Of a stretch of DNA of 64,000 nt, positions 11,352 through 22,846 are shown one piece after another. Both the position numbers and the translations under genes were made by a program. How positions within the stretch are numbered: position 1 is the first letter of the stretch; each line of letters starts with the position of its first letter. Source of the stretch: Paraphysomonas bandaiensis (taxonomy: Eukaryota > Protista > Chrysophyceae); NCBI GenBank assembly GCA_965644295.1, contig CBFFRP010000064.1:1-64000 (forward strand). The letters run 5' to 3'. The notes below the pieces were generated by a model that was not told the origin of the DNA, did not search any database, and saw nothing but the letters and a program-made list of their open reading frames with translations.

Positions 11352-12283
11352 TAAATAATAATAATAATTTGTGCCGACTACTGCGAACTCTAAAACTGCT
11401 AGTAGATCTTTTATGCGCAGTGATCAAACAAGACACCAGGTGAGGCTCCAAATTAGCCATGATCGGTCTATTTTCTTTTTTCTGTGTCTACCTGTGATCA
11501 TGCCGGTTTGGTTCTGAAGTCTAATCTAAGTGTAAGCCAAGTGAAATGGAGCATGCCAAGCTGATGCAATTACTGGATGGTTTGAAATTCTTTCAGTGTT
11601 TTTCTATAGAACTACAGAAGGAAGGTGAACATAACATCTTTGGTACATTGTTTGACGAACAAGGTACCCGATTGTCGAGCATCATCTGGGCGACAATGCT
11701 ACTATTATTCATTATTCATAACCCTGCATTCGAAAAGGCACTCAGAAAGTGACAGCGAAGTTTCACACACCCGGACGGAAAAGGATCAAATAAATATATT
11801 TCTTCTCAATAAGGATAAAGAGATGATAACAGTGAGAGTCTAGAGAGTGTCTAGGACAGAACAACGACAACATAGCTCAACGTTGGATTGATGATAACGG
11901 GCAGACAGGGAAAGGAAGCGAGTACGTCTTAACAAGCAACTCGAAACCGCAGCATGAAGCACTTCATGCCACAACCAATAACGTTGAAAGTTCAATAAAA
12001 TAGAGATTGTTATGATTGATTAGCACAAGCGTATGACTACTCGGAATTTAGAGCTAATTATTTTTTTCGCAAGAATCGTCGCCTCTGGAATTAAATTACA
12101 GTTGAACAGGCTATTATATGTTGTTGGTAGCTAATGTATAGCTTCTTGAGTATATATATATGTAGTCTTCTATCAATTAATTGGGACAGCAAGTATTATT
12201 GCAATTATAATTTTGGTTACTACCTGCGTCTATTAATTAACAACTAATTGGTACGCAGCCCTCGATACAGGTAGCATTCGAAG

Positions 12284-12371
12284 CCCTCAACAAAGTCGGA
12301 CTCGCACCTTTTCGTGGTCTTCTGTGGGATAAGTACCGGAGAGTTTCTCTCTGTGAAACTAACGTGAGCCG
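12284..12371 (+). ncRNA. Putative HDV-like self-cleaving ribozyme (L1Tc/ingi-signature type)
   Basis: P1 CCCUCA/UGUGGG (UGAGGG in copy F); P2 CGG-A-CUCGC/GUGAG-CCG; P3 ACC/GGU; L3 UUUUCGU; P4 CGGAGAG-UUU-CUCUCUG; J4/2 ACUAAC with candidate catalytic C12359. Folded by eye only. Confidence 0.72.
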
Positions 12372-12783
12372 CAAACGTAGTCAGCAGATATTCTTCTGCC
12401 CACTCATAGCCGAATGCTTGTGTGGTACAACAAGGGACACCAATAAAAGTGTCACTTACTTGTGTAGACGTCTTTGGGCCCTGACGAATAAACAGGCATC
12501 CGGGACAGGGCCCACTTCAAGGGTAACCAGGGTATTGGGCTGCCTGTTGAAGTCAAGCATCCGGGATGTTCACCTTATGAACTCAGAGCGGAAGTGGTCG
12601 CACCTTGATGCTTGCGGCGACGCACAAGCAGCTTCCGTTGCGTTAACTAGTAGGATAAAAAAAGTGTGTACTGATTAGTTACAGGTAGAGGTCTAACTAG
12701 TTTGTCTAGCATTCATCTAGCTACTAAGTTGGTGCAGGTTTTTAACTCCTATTGCTAATAATAAGACTTTCAATATATATATA
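12284..12783 (+). mobile_element. Full-length ~500-bp non-autonomous retroposon (copy B) with 12-bp TSD
   Basis: TSD TAGCATTCGAAG (12272-12283) / TAGCATTTGAAG (12784-12795). Same CCCTCAAC start as the copy at 59461. LINE-shared 3' tail followed by (AT)n. Confidence 0.9.
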
Positions 12784-12947
12784 TAGCATTTGAAGATAAA
12801 ATACCTATTAGTACTACATACTCAGAGTATACAAGCGCAACTAAATAGACAAGACACAAGACTCACAAAATGAAAGCCGATTTACATATAAAACAACTTA
12901 ATTATATGAGGTATGGTTAAAGAAATGGTTGATATACTATATATTGT

Positions 12948-14507
12948 TTGTCGTTTTGTCTTTAGATTCCTTCTGTGCATCCCTTTACAGAAAGGCCCTC
13001 CGACTAGGGCATGGCTATCCCTCCGAATTAATATTCCTCTACCTTCGACATAATGGACTAGGCCTGAAGCGTTCCTCGAACCGAGCACAGGAACAGAAGT
13101 AAGTGGGGCTCCCTCCAGAGAGCCGATACTGCTGCCCGCTTCCTTTTGTCCCAGACAATACACTCAAGTCCAGCGTACCACCATTTCACTCTAAAAGCCT
13201 CCGTGAATGGGGTGCAGAAGTGGGACTAACTCTACAACAACCTCCTCCACCTGACCCCCTTGACGAGCACATTTTCACTTATATCACGGATATGCTGCAC
13301 CTCGGTGATCTCTCTCCCGACTCCTGTCACGCAATATTCACGGATGGCTCATACAAGCAAGAATTACTTGGGCCATGCCTCCTCACGCAAGTCAGTCCCC
13401 ATACACGATAGTCTCATTCGGGCGGCGCGGCAATCGTGTGGCTCCCACCGGAGAGCGCTTGGAAATGTGGTCGAGCCAAATCCTACGACTAACAACTCCT
13501 GTGAGGGACATACTGGCATTGATCCTGATGCGTTGACTGTGGCTTTCGGCTTGACTCTCTGAAACATATGTGTCTGGATTGCCCACACGACTCCTCTCTC
13601 AGATACGAGAAACCGCCTTTCAGAGACACAAGGAGTGTCTGCGGAAACTCCTAATTGATCCAACTCTCCCACCTTGGAGCTCCGCCATTCTCAAGAAACT
13701 CACGCAGAGCCTGGAGCACCTCCCTTCCGCAGGTTAAACGAATCTGGATAGGAACCAACACCGAATCTCAAATGGAAAGCGTTCTTGGAACACAGTACCA
13801 TTGCTCTCTCCATGCGCGTGGACTACGTACCATTCAAACAGCAGTTGTTACCCTCCTTCAACCACTCTATGCAGCCAAACAAATGCTCCAAGATCGTAGT
13901 GGCCGCTATGCTGCTGCCAACCCCCCCCCTCGACCGCGGCAGCGACGTGGCCACGCGCGAAGGCCCTCCAGCTCACGCTCAAAATGCAGCAATACGCGAT
14001 TTAAATAGAGCAGCACCCAGCGAAAGCCACGGGTTCTCCGCTTACTATGCGTTCAGCGGAGACCTAACGTGGCCCCGCCTCAGCAGAGACTCCACGACAC
14101 CAACTCCGTCAGGTACTCCTCTGTCCGAGACCCAACTCGCAGCAAAAGCCATTCCAAGACACGCAGGAGTCCCAACACCCCCTCGTACATGTATCTCAGT
14201 TCAAGAACACTTGACTTACTGATACAGAATCCTCCTCCACAGAGCCCTATCCTAAAGGGCGTCCTCCTGACTGACCCTTGTGTACCTCAAGGACTGACGT
14301 CCGCAGAGAGCTTCTCCCTCACACACATGACCGGAAGTGGTTGCGCCTTGGTGCTTGCGGCGACGCACAAGCAGCTTCTGTAGCGTTAAATAGTAGGGTA
14401 CGAGAATTTACACTAGTTAGTTACTGGTAGATGTCGATCTAGCGTGACTAGTCTTCATGTAACTACTTATCGATTTCTCGACGCCTATTGCTAATAAGAC
14501 TTTCACG
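12948..14507 (+). mobile_element. 5'-truncated non-LTR retrotransposon (LINE) with RNase H remnant; frameshifted
   Basis: HAIFTDGSY (ORF 13103-13411), followed in another frame by GGAAIVW, matches the RNase H beta1/beta2 strands. Its 3' UTR (14330-14505) is shared with the short retroposons. Possible low-complexity TSD TA(C/T)TATATATTGT at 12935-12947 and 14508-14520. Confidence 0.75.
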
Positions 14508-14865
14508 TATTATATATTGTATATAGTATATTGACATGGTCAAAGAGTCGCAAGGTCCTACTTTTGATATACTGAATTATCTGTCCTATTCATATAATAT
14601 GTGAGAGTAGCATTTGTATTGAGCACGGGTTATAAGGTAGAATGAATACCAGGGCATGTAATAGCGTCAGAAAGTTATTATTTTACATGTACCTTTCATT
14701 GTTACCATTCTACGATTCTTGCTTCTTTTTCCTGAAGCGCAACAATGCTAAACAAGCATTAAATTCCACTGTAAACGTGGACATCGTTTCAGCTGACGGC
14801 ATACACCTTGTTGTTGTCTTTGATAACGAAATCACGAACAGGGTACCAGTTTCACGTGTTGGTTA

Positions 14866-16679
14866 GGGTGGGTCTTATTTAGGAATACTGAATTTCTGAA
14901 TACTGAATACTGAAAATTCAGTGATTTTGGTTTTCAGGGGTGAAATTCAGTGGTAGACGCAGTGTCTTATTAGTGATCACTGAATATGATAACTGAAATC
15001 TCTTTTTTTTCGAAATTTGAATACACAATTCCATGAATGCATATATATCACATCTGAACACAACATTAAGACCTGATATCACCCATTTCCGTTGGTTGAG
15101 ATGCCGCCCAAAGCATCTTCACAACTTCTGTAAGGGTAATTATCCCTTCACCACTTTGGCATACCAAGCAGTGGTAGACCATAACCGCAGAATAATGTTC
15201 ATATCTTTCCTCTACGATGGACGCGAGTGCGACTAGACAATTACAGTCGAAGACGAATTCACGTATGACGTGATGATGGGAAAGCTGAAGGAAGCGGAGT
15301 TCGACTTATACAATGAGAACGGTGACCTCATGAGATGCAAAGGAGGGTACTTCATAGTAGACGGAGGTTACCAGAAATACCCATGTTTTGTGGATCCAAT
15401 GCACAGTCCTACTGGACATCACGAAGTACATTGGTCGGAGTTTTTGGAGTCAGTAAGGAAGGACGTTGAATGTACCTTTGGGATCTTGAAAGCAAGATTT
15501 CGGTATTTGCGAAATGGACTGAAATGGAAAAGTGTAAAATATACGGGGTGGTCTCCTCGTACCCTCCGAATTAACATTAGATTGATCGGCCCTGAGATTG
15601 TGGCGCCCTTGCAACGCCTTACAAAATGCAGTGTTGGATAGAATGTACCCAAGCGTAACATGAGTGTGCATAGAAGAAGAATGTGCAATTAGATTTTCTA
15701 TGAACTAATAATTCCATATATTAATTACTTTCACTTCCAAGTTCGATAATCTCAGCTTTTCATATACAAGTTTGATAAGTCCTCATACAAATATTTACTT
15801 TTATGGTTTCAAGTTCTCGTTTACTTTTATGGTGCGGGCACTCTTCGCTATCACCATCATAATCATCCTCAGTAGTCAGGCCTTTATGTGTAATAACTAC
15901 GTTTGTAGTTATGGATTCCTTGGATGTAGGAGTAGGCTTCGAACTTTAAGTAGACGGAGTATGGAAGGCGTCGTCTACGGCGTGCCGGGCTTTCTTATTG
16001 AAGCTTTGTCGTAAATCCTTCACATTATCAATTGATAATCCTTTTCAGCTTCTTTCCTTGGGTTAAGGAATAAGAGTTCAAAGCTCTATATTCTACTGGT
16101 TTCCCAAGAAGAATAAAAGTGGAGTTGCTTCCTCGGTCACAGTGTTCCCGGCTATTCCACTGACCAGACAGAACAGTTGCTGTATAAACAAACACTACTT
16201 ATTCCAACTGTACAAATAATATGATATGTACCTTGGCCAAAGCACCCTTGGTATTCCCTTTCAGCTGCTTTATCAATTCCTCCACTGCTGGGTAGTCCTT
16301 ATCGACCTTCAAAATGTCAAGATGAAGGATGCTCCTCCTCTTTGTTGTCTAATTCTTTCTCCTCCTCGGAATGTTCCGGTTCACGATCACTGGTACTCAT
16401 ATTTCTTACTTATAGTGATATATAAGGTACTTTAAAGTGCATATATTGTGTGTATATTTCAGTAAAGAAATTCAGTATTCAGTGCTCCGACCTCTCACTG
16501 AAAAAGCATTTTCAGGTGGATTTTTATTCAGTGATCGACACTGAATACTGAATTTTATCGCTATATTCAGTGTTCAGAATTCAGTTTTGCTTAATAAGCC
16601 ACCAAAAAAGCCATTTTTGACCACTGAATTTTCAGAATTCAGTATTCAGAAATTCAGTTTTCCTAAATAAGACCCACCC
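14866..16679 (+). mobile_element. PIF/Harbinger DNA transposon, internally deleted
   Basis: TIR GGGTGGGTCTTATTTAGGAA...TTCCTAAATAAGACCCACCC, extending ~40 bp. TTA TSD at 14863-14865 and 16680-16682. Many subterminal ACTGAA/TTCAGT motifs. Confidence 0.93.
15033..15641 (+). pseudogene. Harbinger (DDE_Tnp_4/HARBI1-like) transposase remnant
   Basis: KG..PFTTLAYQAVVDH, YFIVDGGY and ESVRKDVECTFGILKARF. In-frame TAG at 15234-15236; N-terminus missing. Confidence 0.9.
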
Positions 16680-17247
16680 TTAGGCGGTGTATGTATGCTA
16701 ATTCTCGTAGCATCTCGCATCTACTAAGATGATGGAGCATCTAACTTTATCAGCGTTCAAACAACAAGCTCCAAAATCCTCAGTTGATTGCTGGTAATAG
16801 TGTTGCAAAGGTTCCACACTTAAAGTAAAGTCATAGCGTCTTCTCGCTCTCTTTTCCGTCACGCTTTAGCATACATAGCAACGGTGCATGCTGCTATCGT
16901 AGCACGAAGCTCCTGGTAGATGGAATTCTGTGGGAATATGCCGATCCAGCAGAATATGTCGATCCAGCATAAAATCCAGGCTTTTTTGATGCATGTTGTT
17001 TTTTGATAACAAATAACGAAAAAAGGTCGATTTTTTTGCTGGATCGACTTATTCCCATAGACGGACTTTCAGTTTGCTGCAATGTGTCTGTGGAAGATGT
17101 CAAAAAACTGAAAGTGTCGTCTCAAGATATTCACTAGAGTTGGGCAGTTTTATTTGTCGACTTTTTGATTTTGTTGCAATACAATGCTTTTGATACACTC
17201 TTCATTATTCATTCTAGAACTGTCAGATAAAGTTAGAGAACGAGAAA

Positions 17248-17569
<322 letters not shown>

Positions 17570-18294
17570 ATTTGTCTCCTTCTGTGAATATGTGAACTTA
17601 TCATAACGTATAAAATATGAGTTAAGTGGAGCGTTGATTGTAGTAGTGTCGGCAGTGTGCTCCTTTATTGCCGTTTATGCTGGCTCTCCCGCAGTATTAA
17701 TTAATGTTTGCTTATGTTCAATTTTACAAGAAGTATTTACAAGTTTATTTCCAAAATATTAACTCAGTTACAACTATATGGTTACTGTACCAGTCATCAC
17801 TCTATTCACTGATATCACTCACACATTCTCCTATCTCCTATATATTAATTTGTGATCATCCTTCTAGATACTAGATACGAATATTGCTAACTAGAGTCCA
17901 AGAGTTAACTAGATTGAAATCAATGACATAGGTTTGGTTGACACTTGATGTCTAATTCTTTTGCCAGTTTACAGCATAATACCGTTTAACGTATGGATCA
18001 CATACGGGTATGACATCCTAGGTACTTAGACTACTACATATTTTCGTATATTTCACCTAACGAAATCATGAATAGTTACTATATACTATATCTTATTAGT
18101 AAGGCATCGTAACTGAGTAGATGAAATGTTATTGCTATTGGCTATTGGTCATGACGTGCCAAGAATACATCATAGGTTATTGAAACGATATACGACTAAT
18201 ATCCCCAACAAATAAATGCATAATATGACACAATCCAACTCAATCCAGCGGATACATACTGGATTTCCGCATAGTGAGTCTACCACTTGCAATC

Positions 18295-19725
18295 CTAGTT
18301 GTCGTGTTCAGTGGCCATGCTAGGTGGAGGAAGACCGCCAGTCCCGTTAGAAAACCCCAGTTTACTAAGAATCACATTGCAGGCAGTGATTATAGCGAAG
18401 TATGGGTTGTTTACTAAAGTGTTGAACGGATTCTTTTCGCGAATAGGAACTCCGATAGACAACCCTCCATAGTCTGTTAAGAAAAAATCACATATTATAC
18501 TCGGCATGTATTAAGTAAAATCTTACTGGTTATTTTATGCCATTGCCATGGTGGGTTTAGTAGCACATCACCAGGTTCTAGGTCTACGAACTCCTGAATA
18601 TAAAACCGTTTAGCTACGACACAAGTTGAAAGCACTAGGAAATATTACCGTAGGCACGTGTCGGCTCATTTCATCCATATGTTTATTTCCCGTCCAAAAA
18701 TTAAGAAGTCCACCTTTGAGTGGCCACGCGTATGCAGAGTACTCTGGCATAATGAATTCCCATCTTTTGCGACCGACGACCTGATAAAGCATACTAATTT
18801 CCAACATTTTAAATAATAGAAACAGACCTGAATAAACCAATTATTCGCCCCTGCACAATGAAAATCTGACCCAGTTGGAAGGATTTTAGGATCATGTGGA
18901 GCTTTGCCGATAACAAATTGTGCAGTTACAAACTGGCTATCCCCGGAATCTCCCAAGCCTGGTCGAATGAGGTTTAGGTCAAGATCGGACTTTACAATCT
19001 GGTTTCCTCTCTCCTCAAGTCGCTGAGCCTCCTCCGCCCCGACACCCTTAAAAGTAAATCGACTTTTAGCTGGAAAAAAGAGATACTCCTTGCTATACTC
19101 GGAGTCAAAAATGCGCTGGAATGAAGTACTGAACAGCTCCTAAAGGTGAAAGCTACAATAAGAGCGATGTAAACTACTTCAGCCAAAGCTTACTATTTCC
19201 CGGTCGTCCTGTAGAGTACCAAGGCTTCCATCCCGAACAACAGGTATGTAAATCGATTCAAAAGCTGTGGCCAGATACTCACGATCTTCCCAGTTCTGAA
19301 CGGCACGTGACGAATTGAATAGCCCCCTGTATTAACTGTGAGCCATACATAGAAATACATGAACTTTCTGAGTACCTAATCACAGCAGGTCGTCGAAAGT
19401 TGTCTGTTGCAAGACTCATTGCATCATAAGAATAATCTGATTAAAAAGTAATTGCAGTAATTCCCTGACCATTTAATATCAGACCTGATGAGTGTATCTC
19501 CGGTATCGGTCGAGGGGGATAATACACGGACCTATCGATAGGAACTACTTTCTCCCATGCACGAAGTGTTGCTTCTCGAAAAGGAGTGAATAACAACGCA
19601 AAGGGATACAGTGTCTTCAGTGCATTGTCCGCAAACCGCAATCGTAATATGAGTACTGCTATACCGACCAGTATGGGCCAGCGGATCTTAGTAGCTTGTT
19701 TCTTGACTTGTCTCTCTTTTCCCAT
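18295..19725 (-). CDS. JmjC/cupin_8 domain protein with N-terminal membrane anchor, ~7 exons
   Basis: Manual splicing gives ...NFRRPAVIR/GLF...W....YL...; TGSDFHCAGANNWFIQ/VVGRKRWEF; VDLEPGDVLLNPPWQWH. Confidence 0.85.
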
Positions 19726-20221
19726 AACTAAACAAAGAGGAGTGGGTCTAACACGTCATATTAATATTATACTTCGGATGAATTAATTAGTGTTGGTGAT
19801 AAGTATTTATATATGTGGAGTGCGATATGCGCATCAATCAATAGCAAGATCTTGCGTGTCGAGATACATCCCCATTGTGGGATATACTAGAAGTTACTTC
19901 CACTTGTTCATCTATCTGAAAAGCGCGAACTTTCTTAAAAACCAGCATTTTGAGATGAACAACTACATTGTACACTCACCCTTCTGGACGAAGAAGAATA
20001 TCATGATGATCATATGCGCGGCATACTGTACGAGTATCTTCCCTTCTTTCTATATATTCGAGATCTATTACGTAGAGTTCAGGTTGATATGGACACACTG
20101 CATCTCCATCTATCTATCTGCTCTATATATCAACATCAACACAGATAACGTATAAGGTGCCATATGTTTCATATATTTCAATCTAACCAGAAATAAAACA
20201 CTATCTATCTGTCGCATACAC

Positions 20222-20910
20222 ATGAGGCGGTCCTTATCATTCACAGCTGATTCCAAAACGGATAAAGAAACTCGTTTTTGGTCATTTGGAGACCAAGTTC
20301 ACTTACCCTCTCATCATGGAGCGGTTCTTCCTCTCGCATCATTCAACCATATATCAAGAGAGGTCTTGAGTGTGGAGAAGAGCCTCAAGTTTTATCGTGA
20401 CATACTGGGGTTTCAAGAGATCCCTCGGCCAGGGTTTGACTGTGATGGTGCATGGCTATGGGGATACGGTGTCAGGTATTGGAATAGATGTGTAATATAT
20501 ATATACTTTTAAAGATTATATATTGTAGTGTTCATTTGGTTGAAACCAGTTGTCCTGACAAACGCCGGGATGTACTGAAGAGGAGGATATCTCACTTTAC
20601 TTCTTGTCTTCCTCGCGTGGACCATATAGCCTTCGTAACAAACAACACAGGGTTCATACAGAAAATTTTGGACTCAGAGAGGGTCTATTACAAGCGTTTT
20701 GATCCCCCTGGAACGAATATAGTCCAACTGTTCTTCTTCGACCCCGATGGAAATGTTATAGAAGTTTCGAATTGTGCCCCGCCAATTGGCGAAGTAAGGT
20801 GCGAGCAGAAGTCCAGTTCTCCCACTTCTTCTCAGGAAGACCATCCTTCTATTCCAGGAAGCGAGGAATCAGACATTTCTTCTTCAGTGTCTGATACACC
20901 ATCATTTTGA
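20222..20910 (+). CDS. VOC/glyoxalase (lactoylglutathione lyase-like) protein; intron 20476-20528
   Basis: FNHISRE, SLKFYRDILGF, RPGFDCDGAWL, DHIAF, QLFFFDPDGNVIEV. Confidence 0.92.
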
Positions 20911-21660
20911 GGTGCCATATGGTACACCTGTTTATGTATGTTCACGTATGTTGCGCGAATAAACTGTTGCTTTGGTGTCACGCCACTCATGGAACGTTTG
21001 TTACTTTAAAGTTGATATGTGTACTCTAGCCTGTAGGTCACGTTGGCTCTCCGTAACTTTTGATTATGGAACGTTTGTGTGACACACAATGCAGTATTTT
21101 AATCGTATTGTACCAGAAATTTACTTTGACTGCTTAATTATCTCGGTTGTTGAATTGATAATTTTCGAATTCTATCAATTTTAAACTTATATTAATGACT
21201 AAATATGTATTTTCACTTCAGTACAGTATTCGCCTGTCGCCTAGAGCCTAGGCCATGACTGAGGAACAAGTATCAGTCGTATGACGTTCGGGAAATCTAT
21301 AGTATACACCATTACTTTTCCTCAACAATTGGTCATCATGATACAACAGTTTAAGAATTACACAATAAGACATGATAATCGGAAAGAGTAAATTAAAAAG
21401 TTGTGAATGTCTGATTAGCTACTTGCATGTTGGAACACGAAAGTACTGTAGAATACGTTAAATACAATGTGAAGAACAGTAATACGTAGTCAAAGATACT
21501 ATATAGCTATAACTGTAAAACTGAAGTATTGTATCATGACGATTCAAGATACGAAAGTTGAGCAGTGGTACGCAATTGTGTATGCAATTTAATAGAAGAG
21601 TCTCTCTAGTTTGATTACAATAAACTTCCTCTCTTGACGATCCTAATTTAAAAAATGACC

Positions 21661-22015
21661 AATAGTAAATATAGCAAAAGACGTGTAAGAGTCAGATCTA
21701 ATGTAGCAGTTAACTAACTAGCTAACTAGTGCTTATACCTCTGATATCCTACTATTTTACGCTACTTGTGCGTCACCGCATGCACCAAGCTGCAACCACT
21801 GGGCCCATCCCGGATGTTTGCTTTTTCGTCAAGGCTCAATGACGTCTACACAAGTGACACTTCTAAGTGTCCATTGTACCACACAAGCATTTGGCTATGA
21901 GTGGGCAGAACAATATACAATATCTATTCTTGCTGCTCACGTTAGTTTCCCGGAGAAATATCTCCGCTATTTAACCCCAGAATACCACGAGAAGGGGCGA
22001 GTACGGGATGTCTGC
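21661..22015 (-). mobile_element. Short retroposon copy C, retaining the ribozyme core (~21933-22015)
   Basis: Reverse complement reads CTCGC CCC TTCTCGT GGT ATTCTGGGG...CGGAGATATTTCTCCG GGAAACTAAC GTGAG, then the family body and tail. Confidence 0.85.
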
Positions 22016-22153
22016 ACCACTGGTCCCATTCAGAGCAGACTAAGAAGGCCAAAAACCCTGCTTCCTGAAAGAATTAATGTCACACGATTGTCCTCTATCT
22101 TTCAGGTTCTGATCAATGGTTGCGTACAATAGATTCTGTATCAAGAATCAAAG

Positions 22154-22323
22154 AAATAAGATTTAAGGTTAGTCTTGATATTTAGTAAGGATATACTTGA
22201 TGTTATTAGAGATAAAGATTGAACGATAAGGCCTAATAGTATAATAGCAAGACACGTTTGAGCAGAGCGTTAGCACCACACACATGTGCGTATCTTGTAC
22301 AGTCGCGTATCATGTATAGTTTG
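22154..22323 (-). repeat. Partial copy of the Copia LTR (matches 3551-3720)
   Basis: Reverse complement is near-identical (a few substitutions) over ~170 bp. Confidence 0.93.
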
Positions 22324-22391
22324 TACACCACAAAGGCTTACCGAATGTAATATGTAATGACTGATACGATTCTACTGCTCGACAGAATTCC

Positions 22392-22486
22392 AGAAGTCAG
22401 GTATATTCTATATCAACATTCTGGTGCCTACTGCATTTGCTTTGAGTGGCAGAGCGAAAGTGGTTGCACCTTGGTGCTTGCGGCGA
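22392..22486 (+). repeat. Short retroposon internal fragment D
   Basis: TATATCAACATTCTG...TTTGCTTTGAGTGGCAGAGCGAAAGTGGTTGCACCTTGGTGCTTGCGGCGA, as in 10790-10862. Confidence 0.8.
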
Positions 22487-22846
22487 AGTGTATATCGTGA
22501 GAATGGTATCTCCTTTCTGAGTTCTGACGGTGATGGCAACAAAACAGAGGATGATGACGCTGATTTTGGCTATGTGGAGAAAATACTTCTGTCAACTCAA
22601 AATATGAAATATAGTATTGCACTATATTGTTTCTTTTATCATCGATACAGTCGCGATGAGGTAGTATAGTATATAGTAGATGAAGCCAGATGCTACCTCT
22701 ATGCATAAGAGTAAACAGGATTTTTACGATTGCATGGCGATGAATTAGCTAGCGATAATTTAATCTATGAAACCTATATACTATATTTTCATATATAGTG
22801 AAATAAAGAGTCGTCTGAGTGTGTTTAAATAGTACTAAAAGTACGT

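Larger units (their letters stand above)
10333..12263 (+). mobile_element. Decayed hAT DNA transposon with nested retroposon fragments
   Basis: TIRs CAGGGTTGCGTATCAATTA / TAATTGGTACGCAGCCCTC. Perfect 8-bp TSD GATACAGG at 10325-10332 and 12264-12271. Transposase-like remnants at 11546-11752 (LQKEG...LFD...IIHNPAFEKALRK) and ~12030-12090. Confidence 0.85.

Noticed and set aside
12284-12400. tRNA-derived SINE head
   Set aside because: No convincing A/B boxes or cloverleaf; the HDV-like fold explains the sequence better.
12481-12487. Hammerhead core CUGACGA in copy B
   Set aside because: Other copies read UUGACGA, and no stem II-GAAA follows.
15234-15236. Stop-codon readthrough or alternative genetic code at the in-frame TAG of the Harbinger transposase
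   Set aside because: The element is truncated, and TAG terminates intact genes here (LC8, Copia pol), so a nonsense mutation is more likely.
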